From: Kosmotogales bacterium | Lineage (GTDB): Bacteria > Thermotogota > Thermotogae > Petrotogales > Kosmotogaceae | Direction of reading: 5' to 3' | Assembly: GCA_030156385.1 (NCBI GenBank) | Contig: JASGMR010000003.1 | Coordinates: 250 to 64,249 of the forward strand | DNA length: 64,000 nt | In this document: positions 9,691 through 19,794 of the stretch, in pieces | Layout of the letters: each line of letters opens with the position of its first letter | Numbering within the stretch: position 1 is the stretch's first letter | Notes under the pieces: model-generated | Seen by the model: the letters and a program-made list of their open reading frames with translations, nothing else | Told to the model about the DNA's origin: nothing | The model's database searches: none | Translations under genes and position numbers: made by a program

Positions 9691-11777
9691 AGGCAATTAC
9701 CCCTATCTGTTACCAGAAGCGCCCGTATTTCGTGGCTACTGGCGTGTTCTGCAATGTGAATATAGATAAATTCTATCACAACAAACAGAATGGTGGAAAT
9801 TCCTGAAATCACAATGACTTTAATCGGTGATGTCCCCACCGGTAATTTCAGAAAACTTGTGAACATGGACCATATTGCAAAAAAAGCGCTGCACACTGCT
9901 GCGCCAAGTACCAATGCGAAAAACAGTCTGATTTGAGCTCCTGCAGATCTGCAAAGATCATTAATATTGGCCCCAAGCATGAGCAGTGTGAGATAACGGT
10001 GCTTGCTTTCCTTTTGCTGCATCAAATACTTTAATCCGATTACTGTGTTTGCAATTACCATGAACAGAACACCAAGATAGATCGTCAGGTAGCTTGCGGC
10101 CACTGTATAAAAAAGATTTCTGCCAATGCCGCTTATATAACTTTCGTATTTCAAGCCTGTTCCTTCGAGGTTTTTTTCCATTAATTGAATTGCCTGCATT
10201 AAACCTTTTTCAATTATGACATCCTGTTTCAGCAGAACATTCCAGCAGAGAGGTTTACTGGTGTCGGAAACCCAATTCTGATAATCATCATCCGAAACGA
10301 TCAAAGCACTATAAAGCCTGATCATGCGATCGGCAACTATATTATCATAATAAGCGCCGGGCAACAATTCATACTTCCGGCCGTCGACTTCAACGTAAGT
10401 GCCTGACTTCAATGCGCTATCAAGGATATTAATAAAGTCACTGTTATCCTTCATTGAAGTATACAATGCCACTTGGTCCTTTTCCAGTTGAATTGATTCC
10501 CGGCCAATTGCCTCCAGGAGATTGCTGTAACTCGTTTCTGATATGAGATATGGACCTGAATTATCGGAAAAATTTTCAATCATATTATTTCTCAGATCAG
10601 TTTCAGGCAGTTTTTCAAGCGCAGCACTAAGCCCGGACCAGGAGAAACTGTGAGCATTTAGCTTACTTTCCAGCAACACGCCGGTTCTATCGTATAGATT
10701 TGTTACCATAGAACTCAGAAACATGGGATAGTACACTGAAATCATAGATCTGCTTGCTTCCGAATTCAAAACACTGTGTACTTCCTGTTCGTTTCCGTCA
10801 ATAGAAAAATCCACTGTTCTGACATCCATCGATCCCAGTCCTGAGGTAGTGCCTATACCGTAGGATATACATGCCAGTGACATCAATAAAAGCAAAGAAG
10901 AAACCGCCAGAGTTCTGTGTTGATGAAGCACGTTCTCCTGAATCTGTCGTCCTGTGAAGGTGGACAATCCGGATCGTGTTGAACTTTTGCGCTGAATTCT
11001 ATGCCCGATAAACACCCCCATTCCACGATACAGCAGAAAGGTTCCACTCCCGCCAAAGGCAAGAATGAGCGCAACTACTATGAAATCAAGACTTCTCAAC
11101 ATCGTAACTCCGGCCACATATGCCAGAATCAGAAAAATAAGTCCAAAGACAAAACATAGCCATCCTTTTTTGGTGGAAGTGGAAACTTGTTTTTCGGGGG
11201 AATTCGACCGCAACAGCTCAGCAGGGTCCTTGCAACTGAATATGGTGCTCAAGAACAGCATGGCTATCATTTGCACTGCAATGAACCCGATTATTGTTCC
11301 AAGCACTGCCGATATGGAAAACGAAATTTTATGTCCGATGATTCCCAGTCCGACCAGCTTTGCTGCCGTCAGGCTGACTCCTTCCGTAAGAAGTAAAGCA
11401 ATTGGTAAGCCGAGTAAAATGGATACCATGCTGTTCCAAACGGTCTCGCCCATAAGCATGGCAAAAAACGTACTCTTTTTCATACCAAGCATAAGATATA
11501 ATCCAAATTCTTTTTTACGGTTGTCCAACTGATAACGATATGCAAAGTAAACCAGAAAGAACACAAAGAAAAGAGAAATCATGTAGACGAATGGGATCAA
11601 TAGTATCAGCTTACCGACTGCGTCACTCTCCACTGTTTTCAAAAAGCGCATAACATCCTGAGTATCCAAAGAAAGCAATGTATAAAATGCGACTATCGCT
11701 ATCACGAGGGAACTGAAAAATAAACCGTTGTTTTTTCGGTTTTTTGCTGCGTTACGTCGAACCTGTTTAAAGAACAT
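9687..11777 (-). CDS. BceB-like FtsX-family ABC permease
   Basis: RKKEFGLYLMLGM motif, about 10 TMs with a large extracytoplasmic domain. Confidence 0.88.
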   Translation of the reverse strand: MFFKQVRRNAAKNRKNNGLFFSSLVIAIVAFYTLLSLDTQDVMRFLKTVESDAVGKLILLIPFVYMISLFFVFFLVYFAYRYQLDNRKKEFGLYLMLGMKKSTFFAMLMGETVWNSMVSILLGLPIALLLTEGVSLTAAKLVGLGIIGHKISFSISAVLGTIIGFIAVQMIAMLFLSTIFSCKDPAELLRSNSPEKQVSTSTKKGWLCFVFGLIFLILAYVAGVTMLRSLDFIVVALILAFGGSGTFLLYRGMGVFIGHRIQRKSSTRSGLSTFTGRQIQENVLHQHRTLAVSSLLLLMSLACISYGIGTTSGLGSMDVRTVDFSIDGNEQEVHSVLNSEASRSMISVYYPMFLSSMVTNLYDRTGVLLESKLNAHSFSWSGLSAALEKLPETDLRNNMIENFSDNSGPYLISETSYSNLLEAIGRESIQLEKDQVALYTSMKDNSDFINILDSALKSGTYVEVDGRKYELLPGAYYDNIVADRMIRLYSALIVSDDDYQNWVSDTSKPLCWNVLLKQDVIIEKGLMQAIQLMEKNLEGTGLKYESYISGIGRNLFYTVAASYLTIYLGVLFMVIANTVIGLKYLMQQKESKHRYLTLLMLGANINDLCRSAGAQIRLFFALVLGAAVCSAFFAIWSMFTSFLKLPVGTSPIKVIVISGISTILFVVIEFIYIHIAEHASSHEIRALLVTDRGNCL

Positions 11778-12546
11778 TCGCACTTCCACCTCCAAGTTGT
11801 GCCACGACTGTCACGATCCGCTCGTAAAAGCTTTCTGTGGTTTCCCTTTCAAAGCTTCTTCTGAGTTCATGGAATAGTCGGCCATCCTGAATAAAAAGGA
11901 TTCGGGAACAGTAACTGGCGGCATTTGCGTCATGTGTGACCATAACAATTGTTTTCTGTTGCTCCTTATTGATGGCAGAAAGCTTGTCCATGAGAATCCT
12001 GGAATTTTTACTGTCAAGTGCGCCTGTCGGTTCATCTGCCAACACAATGCTCGGTTTTGCTATGAGAGCTCTGGCCGCCGCTATCCGCTGTTTTTGCCCG
12101 CCGGACATTTGAGAGGGGAACTTTTCAAGAACATTCGTAATATCCAGACGTTTTGCCAATTCACGAAGTTCCCGTTCAGCCTGCTTACCTGTTACACCGT
12201 GGAGTGATAATGGCAGGATGACATTCTCTCTGGCCGTTAGATTGTCCAGAAGCTCGAATTCCTGAAATAAGTATCCGATTTCTTTGCCTCGATAGTCGGC
12301 CAACTGTGTCCCTTTGAAGGAGGAAGTATCATTACCTTTTAGTAGAATTCTTCCCGAACTCGGTTTAACCATTGTGGCTATACAGTTGAGCAATGTTGTT
12401 TTCCCGGAGCCGCTGGCTCCCATAATTCCAAGGAACTCGCCTTTCAGCACGTCAAAACTGATTCCTCTGAGAGCTTCTGTCTTGTTATCACCCTTACCGT
12501 AGACTTTTGTGATGCTTTCAACTTGTAAAACTCTATTTGAATACAT
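11767..12546 (-). CDS. BceA-like ABC transporter ATP-binding protein
   Basis: GIMGASGSGKTT, MSGGQKQR, ADEPTGALDSK, MVTHDANAASYCSRILFIQDG. Confidence 0.93.
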   Translation of the reverse strand: MYSNRVLQVESITKVYGKGDNKTEALRGISFDVLKGEFLGIMGASGSGKTTLLNCIATMVKPSSGRILLKGNDTSSFKGTQLADYRGKEIGYLFQEFELLDNLTARENVILPLSLHGVTGKQAERELRELAKRLDITNVLEKFPSQMSGGQKQRIAAARALIAKPSIVLADEPTGALDSKNSRILMDKLSAINKEQQKTIVMVTHDANAASYCSRILFIQDGRLFHELRRSFERETTESFYERIVTVVAQLGGGSANVL

Positions 12547-12573
12547 TTTACGACCTCCTGTTTCCTAATCCTA

Positions 12574-12619
12574 ATTATAGCAAGTACCGCAGAAGAATAA
12601 CACTTACAGTTGTTGTAAG
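12574..12619 (-). promoter_or_regulatory. Promoter of bceAB-like operon with BceR-type inverted repeat
   Basis: CTTACA-N5-TGTAAG at 12603-12619, 23 nt upstream of TATAAT (12574-12579, minus strand). Confidence 0.6.
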
Positions 12620-13161
12620 GATGCACTCATGCCATGTTCCTGCATGAGATGGTTAACATTTGTTCGGCCGCGGGGCAAGTAAATTGGATCTTATGTCCGG
12701 GGTGAGCATTACAACGAGTCCGTGGAACTACCACACCATTCTGATCTACCAGCAGCGAAAAAGAATCCGGAGGCTTATCAGACAAAACCTTCCAGACCCC
12801 TGTTTCTGCTCAGCCCAGCCCCAAGGACAGATGCTAGGTATCTCATCTCAGATGAAGCTGTTGATCCTGCTGATCGTATCCGGAAATATCCAGCCAGCAA
12901 GACCGTATCATCCACTCGATTTTCCTTGTGCAGGAGAGGTACCCCATCTGCCAAATTCAACAGATTCTTTGGTTCATATAAGATTGAATGAGATAAAATC
13001 GGATTACATGTAAAATCGCTATAGCGGAAAACAAAACAAAGTAAAGTAAATCAGATTTTTTATATGCTATCAAAGTGCTATCGACCAAGCGGGTGTTGCT
13101 ACGAAAACCATTGTTTTTCCAGCTATAGAGCTGATTTTTCTGGTTTTATTCACAAATTACT

Positions 13162-14673
13162 TTACTCCCATTCAATAGTTGAAGGCGGTTTATCTGTAAT
13201 ATCGTATACCACTCTTCCTATTTCGGAAATTTTTCCCGTTATTCTGGAAGAAGCTTCTCTGAGAACATTATATGGAATTTCGTACCAGGATGCGGTCATT
13301 CCTTCCGCACTGTTGACGGCTCTTAAAGCGGCTACATATCCGTATGATCTCATATCACCCTTTACACCAACCGATTTTACGGGAAGAAGTACTGCGAAGG
13401 ATTGCCATATATCTTTATAAATATTGAATTCTTTTAATGTCTGTCTGTAAATGAAATCAACTTCTTTCAGGATATTTACCTTTCTTTCATCGACTGCACC
13501 GATAATTCTGATGGCGAGACCGGGTCCGGGAAATGGCTGGCGATTGATATATTCCCACGGAATTCCCATTTTTATTCCCAGTTCTCTCACCTCATCTTTA
13601 AATAATTCTCTTAAAGGTTCAATCAATTTTAAATTCATTCTTTCGGGTAACCCACCGACATTGTGATGACTTTTAATTTTATCGGAGGTTTTCGATGAGG
13701 CGGCCGATTCAATGACGTCCGAATAAATCGTTCCCTGAAGAAGATAATCCGAGTCTATTTTTTTTGCTTCCTTTTCAAAAACTTCTATAAATGTTTCGCC
13801 GATAATTTTTCTTTTTTCTTCGGGTTCGGTTATTCCACGCAATCTTTGTAGAAATATTTCGGAAGCGTCGACTTCTATTAAATTTATTCCAAGTTTTCTG
13901 AGATTGCCCGGAACAACATTTTCTTCATTTTTCCTCAACAATCCATGATTAACGAATATACCTATCATATTGTTTCCGATTGCCTTTTTCAATATATATG
14001 CGGCAACTGTGGAATCTACTCCACCCGAAACACCACCGATGACCTTCCTGTTTCCAATTTGTTTTTTTAACTTCTGGATTAATTCTTCAGAGTATTCTCC
14101 AAGGTTCCAGTTTTCTTTTGCTTTACATATTTTAAACAAAAAGTTTTTTATAATATTTAGTCCATATTGGGTATGGTGAACCTCTGGGTGAAATTGAAAT
14201 GCATAAATATTATCTTTTTTCGCGCCTGCGATGATTCCGGATGAGCTTTTTGCTATTTGCGAAAATCCCTCCGGGAGCATCGTTACCGAATCGCCATGAC
14301 TCATCCATGTGATAATATTTTTGGGAATATCATCTAGTACCGGATCGGTATTATCTAACGTTACTTCCATAAGGCCATATTCTCCATGGTCATGTTTTTC
14401 TACTTTTCCGTTGAAATATTTTGAAATGAGTTGAAACCCGTAACAGATAGCGAGTATAGGTAAATTTGAATCTATTATTTTTTGATTTAATTGATAAGCT
14501 TTTTCAGAATATACACTTTGAGGTCCTCCCGATAGTACTATGCCAACTGTATTTTTTGAAATTCTTATATCGTTTGGATGTTGTACTTCACATTTTACTC
14601 CGAGTTCCCTTATTCTTCTCGACAAAAGAAAAGTGTATTGAGAACCGTAATCAACAACTATCATATCTGACAT
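13162..14673 (-). CDS. guaA: GMP synthase (glutamine-hydrolysing)
   Basis: DYGSQY, ICYG, QFHPEV, SGGVDS, IKSHHNVGGLP, KPPSTIEWE. Confidence 0.98.
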   Translation of the reverse strand: MSDMIVVDYGSQYTFLLSRRIRELGVKCEVQHPNDIRISKNTVGIVLSGGPQSVYSEKAYQLNQKIIDSNLPILAICYGFQLISKYFNGKVEKHDHGEYGLMEVTLDNTDPVLDDIPKNIITWMSHGDSVTMLPEGFSQIAKSSSGIIAGAKKDNIYAFQFHPEVHHTQYGLNIIKNFLFKICKAKENWNLGEYSEELIQKLKKQIGNRKVIGGVSGGVDSTVAAYILKKAIGNNMIGIFVNHGLLRKNEENVVPGNLRKLGINLIEVDASEIFLQRLRGITEPEEKRKIIGETFIEVFEKEAKKIDSDYLLQGTIYSDVIESAASSKTSDKIKSHHNVGGLPERMNLKLIEPLRELFKDEVRELGIKMGIPWEYINRQPFPGPGLAIRIIGAVDERKVNILKEVDFIYRQTLKEFNIYKDIWQSFAVLLPVKSVGVKGDMRSYGYVAALRAVNSAEGMTASWYEIPYNVLREASSRITGKISEIGRVVYDITDKPPSTIEWE

Positions 14674-14684
14674 TAGACTCCTCC

Positions 14685-14711
14685 AAAATAAAAACGGGCA
14701 TTAAGCCCGTT
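14685..14711 (-). terminator. Intrinsic terminator-like hairpin directly before guaA RBS
   Basis: AACGGGC-N5-GCCCGTT followed by a T-rich tract then GGAGGAG on minus strand. Confidence 0.7.
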
Positions 14712-14730
14712 AAACTAATTTATACTCTTT

Positions 14731-17220
14731 TTATATTCCTGGTCCAAACATGAAGAAAAATTCTCCGAAGTATGAATCCTTCAGTGTTGCATTATAGCTG
14801 TTATATCCGTAGCCTATACCAAACATTCCGACAAAGGGGACACTGAAGTTGGCGGCAATACCCGCATCCCATGTCATATCTTTTCCGATTAAATCCTTCG
14901 ATTCTTTGTTTCTGTAAAAAGCCATATCACCGAAGATCAAAAGATCGATAGGTATGATTTCTTCATTAATTGGATATCTCAACTGTAATGTTCCACCAGT
15001 TACGCCGTAATAGGAATTTTTTTGTACATCTGGATTCACCTTGATTATACCTGATGTAGATAACAGGAAACTATCAAAAATATCTCCGGATTTATTGATT
15101 GGAAATAATTGTTCCGTCTGTAATTTCAGTCCAAAAACCGGATCGCCCAGCGAAACGAAGGTTTTGTATGTAACACCCATATCCAAAAATGCATTGTCAA
15201 ATTTACTGAAAAGTCCTTTGGCGTCGATACTCGGATTCAGATACATTCCTGATGTCGTTCTTGTTAAATCATCCAAAGTATTTAAAGTATAATTTGCCCC
15301 GATTTTGAAGCCTGAAAAATTATCTGCTATCGTTGTGCTTTCAGTAGTTGGTTCTTCATTTTCGATTTGAGTGGTTGTGGAAATCGATGAATTCTTTATG
15401 ATGTAATCATAACCTATGTCAAAACCTACTTTTTGATTCGGACTTAAATTGTAATCGGGTGAAAAGTAAACTCCATATTCCTTTTGCTTTGATTTATCTG
15501 TAACTTTTGTATAGGTCAACTTCGATCCTATCTCTGTTGATGTCTCGGTTGTAATTTCATCTCCATCGAACCTCAAATTAAATCCCGTACTCAGATCAAA
15601 GTTAGATTTGAATATTTTTGGAATACTGTAATCGAAGGTTAAATCTATGAGAGGATCATTTATAGTTGTTTTCGTACTGTCATCCGTTTTATCAATTTTT
15701 GTTTTTGCTTCACCAACGGGGAAATTCAAATACGTGCTGATTGTGAAGGTCTGGCCATAACCCCATGGATTTACGAGGCCAATATCGGCGTTCAAATATA
15801 ATCCATCGTTCCATCCTCCCGCACCCATAAATTTATTCGCAAGAGTTTTATCTTCAATCTGAAAATCTATATTCCAGGAATCGTCCGATACATATTCCGG
15901 TATTGGAATAATTGATTTAAAATAGCTGGTCGTATTTAAATTTCCGTATGAATTCTGTAGTGCTTTGAGTGTGAGTAAATCACCGTTTTTGACTGTGATT
16001 TTGTCTTGAATTAAATAATCCTGAGTTTTCTGATCGCCAACGAAGGAATAACCGACTTCATTTACCTTTGGCTCGTGGATATTGTAAGTTAAAAATCCGA
16101 ATTTCTCATCAAGCTCATATCTTATTGAAACGAATGGGTCATCCGCCTCCTGATAAAGTGAATATATATTTTCGAGTGATTCCGCAATTTTTTCGGAAAA
16201 TACTTCCGTGCCTTCATCAATGTCTATTTCTTTCAATATTTTTGAAGATGGGACCAGAGTATTACCTTCAACAAACAATCCGCTTATCATGGAGGAACCA
16301 GTTAAATATTTGTATGGCAAGAGAGAAACTGTTATAGATTTTGCCTTCAATTTCTCATCTTCCACGACGGTGACCTTAAAAGCATTATTCAACATTTGAG
16401 TGTATGTATTGAATAATTTTTGATATACAGAATCGGACATAAACGCTTTGCCATCAGGATTGAAGTAATAAGTCGAATATATGTTCTGAAGCATCAGCTG
16501 CAAATCTTCAACTGTTGGAACGTACTCTTTTTTCGGATTAATCCATCTTATTATTGCAGGAGTTTCAAAATATTTCTTCAATGTTTTTATTCCGGAGCTT
16601 TCCTTGATTTTTTCGATAGCGGGGCGAGTCAATTCGGTATTGATGACAACATCGTAAAGATAAAACGGTGTTATAGTGAAAATAATTTCGTAGTCTTCAT
16701 TGAATCCATCTTCTAAAAGAATTGCCCTCGAGGGATTCGTGTCCCATGAAATTTCTAAAAAAGGTTCATAATAACCACCTTCAGAAAATTTTTCTTTTAT
16801 AATTTCTAAACTCTCAGGTATAGCATATATTAATTGTGCAGGGTCAAACGGTTTGTCGTTTTCAATGGGAAGAACAAGTTTTTTGAGTTCATTTTTTGAA
16901 AGTAATTCAGGTCCATCATAATTGTATTTTATTTCAATAACGGGGTATTCTTTTACTACAAAAGTTAAAATCCCGTTCTCTTCATCAAAGGAATAGATCA
17001 CCGAATCAAAATATCCTGATTCCATCAACGAAGAAACCGCCAGGTTTATTTGCTCTTCAGAATATTCCACATTCACCTTTATATTCAAAATATCTTTAAT
17101 TTCGTTTGTTTTAAGACTATTATTTCCTTCAATTATTATTTTTTTCGGAATAATACCAAAGGACAATACTGTGATAAATAATAAAAATAAGAACAAAATG
17201 AAAATAAATTTTTTAAACAC
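14731..17220 (-). CDS. Omp85/BamA-family outer membrane protein with POTRA domains
   Basis: Signal peptide; POTRA motifs (IIIEGNN..LMESGYF, VEGNTLV, LNTTSYFKSI); NPWGYGQ barrel start; aromatic C-terminal strand. Confidence 0.85.
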   Translation of the reverse strand: MFKKFIFILFLFLLFITVLSFGIIPKKIIIEGNNSLKTNEIKDILNIKVNVEYSEEQINLAVSSLMESGYFDSVIYSFDEENGILTFVVKEYPVIEIKYNYDGPELLSKNELKKLVLPIENDKPFDPAQLIYAIPESLEIIKEKFSEGGYYEPFLEISWDTNPSRAILLEDGFNEDYEIIFTITPFYLYDVVINTELTRPAIEKIKESSGIKTLKKYFETPAIIRWINPKKEYVPTVEDLQLMLQNIYSTYYFNPDGKAFMSDSVYQKLFNTYTQMLNNAFKVTVVEDEKLKAKSITVSLLPYKYLTGSSMISGLFVEGNTLVPSSKILKEIDIDEGTEVFSEKIAESLENIYSLYQEADDPFVSIRYELDEKFGFLTYNIHEPKVNEVGYSFVGDQKTQDYLIQDKITVKNGDLLTLKALQNSYGNLNTTSYFKSIIPIPEYVSDDSWNIDFQIEDKTLANKFMGAGGWNDGLYLNADIGLVNPWGYGQTFTISTYLNFPVGEAKTKIDKTDDSTKTTINDPLIDLTFDYSIPKIFKSNFDLSTGFNLRFDGDEITTETSTEIGSKLTYTKVTDKSKQKEYGVYFSPDYNLSPNQKVGFDIGYDYIIKNSSISTTTQIENEEPTTESTTIADNFSGFKIGANYTLNTLDDLTRTTSGMYLNPSIDAKGLFSKFDNAFLDMGVTYKTFVSLGDPVFGLKLQTEQLFPINKSGDIFDSFLLSTSGIIKVNPDVQKNSYYGVTGGTLQLRYPINEEIIPIDLLIFGDMAFYRNKESKDLIGKDMTWDAGIAANFSVPFVGMFGIGYGYNSYNATLKDSYFGEFFFMFGPGI

Positions 17221-17773
17221 CGTTATCCCCTCCTAATGAGTTTTCCATATCATTTATTAGTTCTGTAAGTATTTTAACCTTTTTTGGAGAAAATATGAAA
17301 TCTTTTCCTAAAATATTTTCTACACTTTCAGTTGAAATTTCATAACTTTCACCATTTTTCGTTCTTTGTATTTGCCAATAAAAATTTTCTCTCATTGTAA
17401 AAATAATCGTTAAAGCGTCAGGAATATTACCAATCGGTTGACAGTCAATATTGCTGGTTATAAAAATAGCACTTACTTTCGTACCTGTTCCCTTTTCGGA
17501 TTTAATCGTAAAATTCCCGCCGGTTTGCTCTGTTGCGTATTTTAAAAGTGGAAGACCCAGACCAAATTTTATCTTTTTTTTCTTTTCGGTATAAAATGGG
17601 TCCAGAACGAGTTCTAATTTCTCTTTAGAGATTCCTTTTCCAAAATCCTGAACGGAAAATGAAAAAAACTCATCCCCTTCTTCCTGAATGTTTAAAATTG
17701 CGTTTTCGGAACCGGAATTAACAGCATTTTCACAAATATCGATTATATGATCGGCGATGTATTTCAATCCCAT
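17213..17773 (-). CDS. Stand-alone HATPase_c (GHKL) protein
   Basis: DICENAV, DFGKGI, DPFYT, GLGLPL, GTGT boxes; no HisKA domain. Confidence 0.85.
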   Translation of the reverse strand: MGLKYIADHIIDICENAVNSGSENAILNIQEEGDEFFSFSVQDFGKGISKEKLELVLDPFYTEKKKKIKFGLGLPLLKYATEQTGGNFTIKSEKGTGTKVSAIFITSNIDCQPIGNIPDALTIIFTMRENFYWQIQRTKNGESYEISTESVENILGKDFIFSPKKVKILTELINDMENSLGGDNGV

Positions 17774-18495
17774 ATTAATTCTACCTTTCCTTCGTCATTG
17801 AGCAAGCAATTCCTTAAATCTTCAAATGTCCTTTTTTTCATGGAAATCTTCATCGGTACTTTTAAGGTTTGAATAGAATGAGCATCACTGGATTTGATTT
17901 TTTTAAGGTTATCATAGAATTCGAGTGATTTCAGATCTTTTTTAAAATTTACTTCGGTAATTATTCGCTGATCATTGTTCACAATGTTTATAAAACCCAA
18001 TTGATATATTATACCCATTTTTCTATTAACATGCGAAAAAGCAAAAAAGCCTCCAAAGTCATGAATTGAATCGATTGCCTCATCAATATTTATTTCTGCC
18101 GATTGTCCCAGCCATTTATCCTCTGTGGCTATATAGTTATCTTCATCATTTATGTACAACTGATATCCAAATTTCTCAGGATCTATTTCAAAATCGGGGA
18201 TTTTTTTATAAAGCCATTTTGAATAACTTTCGGCCGCATCCACAGATGGAAAATATCCGAGTATATGAACATCTTCCAGCGTTTGAACCTCAATGCCTGG
18301 AATTACACGGATCCCTTTTTTTGAAACCACTTCAGAAAAAACTCTGACATTACCGGTTGTATTATGATCTGTTATTGAAATCAAATCTATTCCCAGTTCC
18401 ACCAGCTTTTCTGAAATCAATTTTGGTGTCATAGTTATGTCCGCACATGGTGATAAACAACTATGAATATGTAAATCGCAGTTAAAAAATTGCAT
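17764..18495 (-). CDS. PHP-domain phosphoesterase
   Basis: DLHIHSCLSPC, ITDHN, GIEVQT, SSDAH. Confidence 0.9.
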   Translation of the reverse strand: MQFFNCDLHIHSCLSPCADITMTPKLISEKLVELGIDLISITDHNTTGNVRVFSEVVSKKGIRVIPGIEVQTLEDVHILGYFPSVDAAESYSKWLYKKIPDFEIDPEKFGYQLYINDEDNYIATEDKWLGQSAEINIDEAIDSIHDFGGFFAFSHVNRKMGIIYQLGFINIVNNDQRIITEVNFKKDLKSLEFYDNLKKIKSSDAHSIQTLKVPMKISMKKRTFEDLRNCLLNDEGKVELIWD

Positions 18496-18827
18496 TAAAG
18501 ACCCAATTCTATAATTTTTTTGACTGTTTCAAAAGAATTTTGGTTTGATTTCAGCAAAACAACGTTGTTCAATTCCGCTTTTTCTTTTGTCCCCTTTTCG
18601 TAATTCAATCCATTACATAAAATGATGACCTTAGTTGAAGTGATATTGGCTACCGCTATAATGTTTATATGTGATTGGACCGTCAGCCATACAGAGCCTT
18701 CCTTCGCATTGCCCATAACATCGCTTAATAAATCTCCAATATAGACATTTTTAACTTCTTCATCGAAATTATCTCCCGAATAAACAGACAAGCCACATTT
18801 TTTAATTAACTCTGCAATTTTAACCAT
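18495..18827 (-). CDS. DRTGG-domain protein
   Basis: YIGDLLSDVMG, WLTVQSHINIIAVA. Confidence 0.85.
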   Translation of the reverse strand: MVKIAELIKKCGLSVYSGDNFDEEVKNVYIGDLLSDVMGNAKEGSVWLTVQSHINIIAVANITSTKVIILCNGLNYEKGTKEKAELNNVVLLKSNQNSFETVKKIIELGL

Positions 18828-18832
18828 TTTTA

Positions 18833-19792
18833 TTAGACTCCCCCCGTTTTATTATAGAAGCTCATTTCTACCACAACACCCTTTCCTACCTCCGAAACGA
18901 CGACCATTTTATCCGAATATCTTTTCATATTTACCAATCCAATTCCCGCTCCGAAACCGAGTTCTCTCACGTGATCAGAAGCGGTTGAAAACCCCTCTTG
19001 CATGGCCTTGTCGACATTTTCAATTCCCTTTCCATGGTCTTCAATTCTTACGTTTATTTCTTTATCGTTGAACCAGCAATAAAGATAACCATTACTACCG
19101 CTGTGAATAACAACGTTCACTTCAGCTTCGTAAGTGGCAATTGAAGCTTTTCTAACTAACTCAGGGTTGTTCATTTTTGAATTCAAAAATTTTTTTAATC
19201 TTGCCGCTCCCATTCCGGCCAGATTTACATCGGTATACTGTATGTGAAACTCGAAATCAGCCTCTTTTTTATCTAAAGTATTTCCAGTTATCAGTGATTT
19301 ATTGAACCATTCCATTTCTTTATTGAGTATTTCTTCTCTTCTGACATCATGATCATATATGATTGTAAACTGCCCCAGGATCGTTTCCAGAATATCGTTT
19401 TTTGTGATCAGGCCCTTTAGTACATTATTTTTATCAACGACCGGAAATCTTCCAAAATCGAATCTGTTGAATTTTTGAATGATTTTTTCCATATTATCTT
19501 CCGGAGCAACCGTTATAACACTTTTCGTCATATGATTTTCCAGAAGGTCCGATATATAATTTTTCTCAAGTGCTACAATTATATCTTCGATACTCACAAT
19601 TCCTATTAAGCATCTTTTCTTATCTATAATGGGAACTCCGGAAATCTTTTTTATTCTCATTAATTCTTTGGCCTGCCAGAGAGTGTGACCTCTGTTTAAG
19701 AAAACCACATCTTTTTTCATTATATTCTTGGCCTTGATATGGGAAAATATTTTATGAAACTTTTCAAAATAAAAATTTACGTCTTTATCCAT
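18833..19792 (-). CDS. CBS-pair fused to RsbT/anti-sigma-type Ser/Thr kinase (HATPase)
   Basis: ISGVPIID and FGRFPVVD CBS motifs; ATYEAEVNVVIH, DHGKGI, GFSTA, GFGAGIGL. Confidence 0.88.
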   Translation of the reverse strand: MDKDVNFYFEKFHKIFSHIKAKNIMKKDVVFLNRGHTLWQAKELMRIKKISGVPIIDKKRCLIGIVSIEDIIVALEKNYISDLLENHMTKSVITVAPEDNMEKIIQKFNRFDFGRFPVVDKNNVLKGLITKNDILETILGQFTIIYDHDVRREEILNKEMEWFNKSLITGNTLDKKEADFEFHIQYTDVNLAGMGAARLKKFLNSKMNNPELVRKASIATYEAEVNVVIHSGSNGYLYCWFNDKEINVRIEDHGKGIENVDKAMQEGFSTASDHVRELGFGAGIGLVNMKRYSDKMVVVSEVGKGVVVEMSFYNKTGGV

Positions 19793-19794
19793 TC

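Larger units (their letters stand above)
7550..13160. mobile_element. Degenerate genomic island at guaA 3' end (boundaries approximate, no integrase left)
   Basis: Higher GC by spot count (about 42% vs 35% in single sampled lines), Firmicutes-type cargo, decayed ORFs on both flanks, abuts guaA stop codon. Confidence 0.6.

Noticed and set aside
12630..13020. ORFs 12660-13013(+), 12722-12991(+) and 12778-12960(-)
   Set aside because: No RBS or recognisable family; probably a decayed island gene I cannot identify
14674..14800. Purine riboswitch for guaA
   Set aside because: Conserved aptamer motifs absent; intergenic gap only 57 bp
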